64,000 nt of DNA from an uncultured Candidatus Saccharibacteria bacterium. GTDB taxonomy: Bacteria > Patescibacteriota > Minisyncoccia > UBA6257 > 1-14-0-10-44-23. Under the pieces are notes generated by a model. That model saw only the letters and a program-made list of their open reading frames with translations. It had not been told where the DNA came from and did not search any database. The stretch covers positions 14,634-78,633 of the forward strand of contig CAZJVT010000003.1 of NCBI GenBank assembly GCA_964549935.1, written 5' to 3'. Of this stretch, positions 62,324-64,000 are shown in pieces; the stretch's first letter is position 1, and each line of letters starts with the position of its first letter. The position numbers were made by a program, and so were the translations under genes.

Positions 62324-64000
62324 TCACGAAGCCGCGGCGAAGGTGCCCTGGCCCGCGCGGTCGAAGACCTCGACCTCGATCTCGACCGCCTGGCGGATCG
62401 GGATCTCGACATACTGGCTGGAGCAGCTCGCCCCGAAATAGGCAGGCTTGCTGGACGAGCGCGCGCCCGGCACGCGCTTCAGCATCCGCAGCCACCCATG
62501 CGACCAAGCGCTGTTCTGCAGTGTCTCGGCGATCTTCGGATGGGTGTTCGAGATCATCAGCATGCGGTCGGCCAAGTTGATCTTGATGCCGAGGCGCATC
62601 AGCTGGGTCTGGGCAACCTGCGGCGGGACCGGGGTCTCGGCATCGTTGTTCACGGCCCAGGAGTTCTTGCCCTGCTGAGCCCGGAGGGCATCGACGACCA
62701 GCTCCGCCGCCGTCCTGGTGACCGTGCGGTTGGCGGCGCCGCCAAGCTCGATGCGATGCTCCCTGTTCAGGATCATCGAGAGGCACCGCATCTCGTCGTT
62801 GGTCGCCTCCTCATGGATGTACTCGCTCCATGAATAGGTCCGGAGGAAGCCCTTCGCCTCCTCCTCGCTGATCGCGTCGTCCGAGTCGAGCGCATAGGCG
62901 CCCGCCATGAGAGTGCCGATCATGTCTCCCAGGCGCTGGTTGCCGAAGATCGCGGCAGCCGCGCGCGACAGGGTCCTGGCGTTCTTGCGGACGATCGGCG
63001 CCATCTTGACCATGCGGGCGAGCAGCCGGACCGAGAACTCGTGGGTGAGGTTCTCGCGCACCAGCCTCTCGATCTCCTCGAAGTTCGCGGTGTCGGCGCG
63101 GACCTTCTCCTCGTCGTCCTTCCGCGGCGGCGGCGCCAGGTTCATGACGATGATGCGGCTCATGTCGGCCTGCTGCTGGATCGTCACCGAGATCGAGGAC
63201 AGCATCGCCATCGACCGGATCAGGAAGACTCGCTGCTTCTGGTCCTTGTCGGACTTGCGGATAGGCGCGCCGCTCTCCGCGGTGGCGGAGCGCATCAGCT
63301 CGAGCACCCGCTGCATGCGCACGCGGGCCTCGGCATCGTTGGACTCGGCCTCGTCGAAGAGGATCGGGCGGGCGTCGATGCCGAGCGCGGCGCGGATGCC
63401 CGCCTCGGTCGAGGTCGACTGGCAGTAGAGGGCCGTCGACTCCAGCAGCCGCTGGACGATGTTGGTCATGATCCAGGTCTTGCCGGCGCCGGCCTGAGCC
63501 GTGACCCAGCAATGGGGCCGGTACTCGAGCGCCCCGCAGATCGGCGCCAGCGCGATCCATCCCGCGAGGAGCGCGCCGGTCGCCGGCTTGTCGCCTTTCG
63601 GCGTCCGCTCCCACCGGAGCCGTCCGCAGATCTCGAGAAGAACGGTTGCCTCGTCGGCGGAGAGAGGGTCGTCCAGGTCGCCGATGCGAAGCGGCTTGCC
63701 GCGCTCGTAGACGTAGGGGCTCTCGTGGTCGGCGAGACCCATCGCCTGGCCATCGACGATCAGCTTGTCGCCGGTGTGCATCACGACGGCGGATCCCCGT
63801 CCGGCTTCCTCGATCCAGGCCCCGAGGCCGCGGACCTTGTCGGCATCGAAAATCTTCTGCGCATGGCAGCGCTGCATGAGATCGGAGGCCGCCGCCTCCC
63901 AGGCGATGCCGTTGCGGCCGCCGGGATACCGCGCTTCCCAGAACTGGACGGGGGCCAGCTGGAAGAGATCGTGGCTCCGGTGCTGGCCGGGCTTCAGGAC
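62324..64000 (-). CDS. C-terminal P-loop ATPase/helicase part of a primase-helicase (truncated by window end)
   Basis: Frame open to base 64000; VRGLGAW, Walker A AQAGAGKT, STEAGIR, FDEAES. Confidence 0.72.
   Translation of the reverse strand, partial: VLKPGQHRSHDLFQLAPVQFWEARYPGGRNGIAWEAAASDLMQRCHAQKIFDADKVRGLGAWIEEAGRGSAVVMHTGDKLIVDGQAMGLADHESPYVYERGKPLRIGDLDDPLSADEATVLLEICGRLRWERTPKGDKPATGALLAGWIALAPICGALEYRPHCWVTAQAGAGKTWIMTNIVQRLLESTALYCQSTSTEAGIRAALGIDARPILFDEAESNDAEARVRMQRVLELMRSATAESGAPIRKSDKDQKQRVFLIRSMAMLSSISVTIQQQADMSRIIVMNLAPPPRKDDEEKVRADTANFEEIERLVRENLTHEFSVRLLARMVKMAPIVRKNARTLSRAAAAIFGNQRLGDMIGTLMAGAYALDSDDAISEEEAKGFLRTYSWSEYIHEEATNDEMRCLSMILNREHRIELGGAANRTVTRTAAELVVDALRAQQGKNSWAVNNDAETPVPPQVAQTQLMRLGIKINLADRMLMISNTHPKIAETLQNSAWSHGWLRMLKRVPGARSSSKPAYFGASCSSQYVEIPIRQAVEIEVEVFDRAGQGTFAAAS

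Noticed and set aside
1-64000. CRISPR array, tRNA/rRNA, integron attC sites
   Set aside because: No regularly spaced repeat-spacer units, RNA gene signatures or attC-like palindromes seen by eye; junction repeats are coding and irregularly spaced
1-64000. Jumbo phage or prophage origin
   Set aside because: Phage-like accessory genes are present, but no capsid, terminase, portal or tail genes; Dot/Icm genes point to a conjugative element

Overview
High-GC, gene-dense segment that most plausibly comes from a large conjugative plasmid or ICE; an alphaproteobacterial host is inferred from gene families and promoter style. The right third (44.6-62.2 kb) encodes part of a Dot/Icm-like type IVB secretion system (icmB/dotO, icmJ/dotN, icmD, icmC, icmG/dotF, icmE/dotG, icmK/dotH, icmL/dotI), interleaved with non-T4SS genes including a 5-hmdU DNA kinase (aGPT-Pplase1) homologue, and ends in a truncated primase-type ATPase. 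The rest is cargo: dnaE, RNase HI, AlkB, an HhH-GPD glycosylase, an AbiEii/AbiEi pair, two NinI-like phosphatases, Acb1-like and gp30.3/NADAR-like anti-defence proteins, and many tandem paralogous hypothetical genes. The main unexplained signal is that about 25-30 unrelated cytoplasmic proteins end in a similar short C-terminal tail (GPSMGM, SPGM, SPEMSP, GPSL, GPTL, APAM..), which the Sec/lipoprotein/membrane proteins and T4BSS subunits lack. This suggests a shared T4BSS translocation signal and a plasmid-delivered protein cargo that includes anti-defence enzymes. A 16-bp junction encoding tail, RBS, stop and start at once, and a 15-bp operator-like motif at 13 intergenic sites, were also seen. 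All family calls come from motif recognition by eye; no database searches were run.
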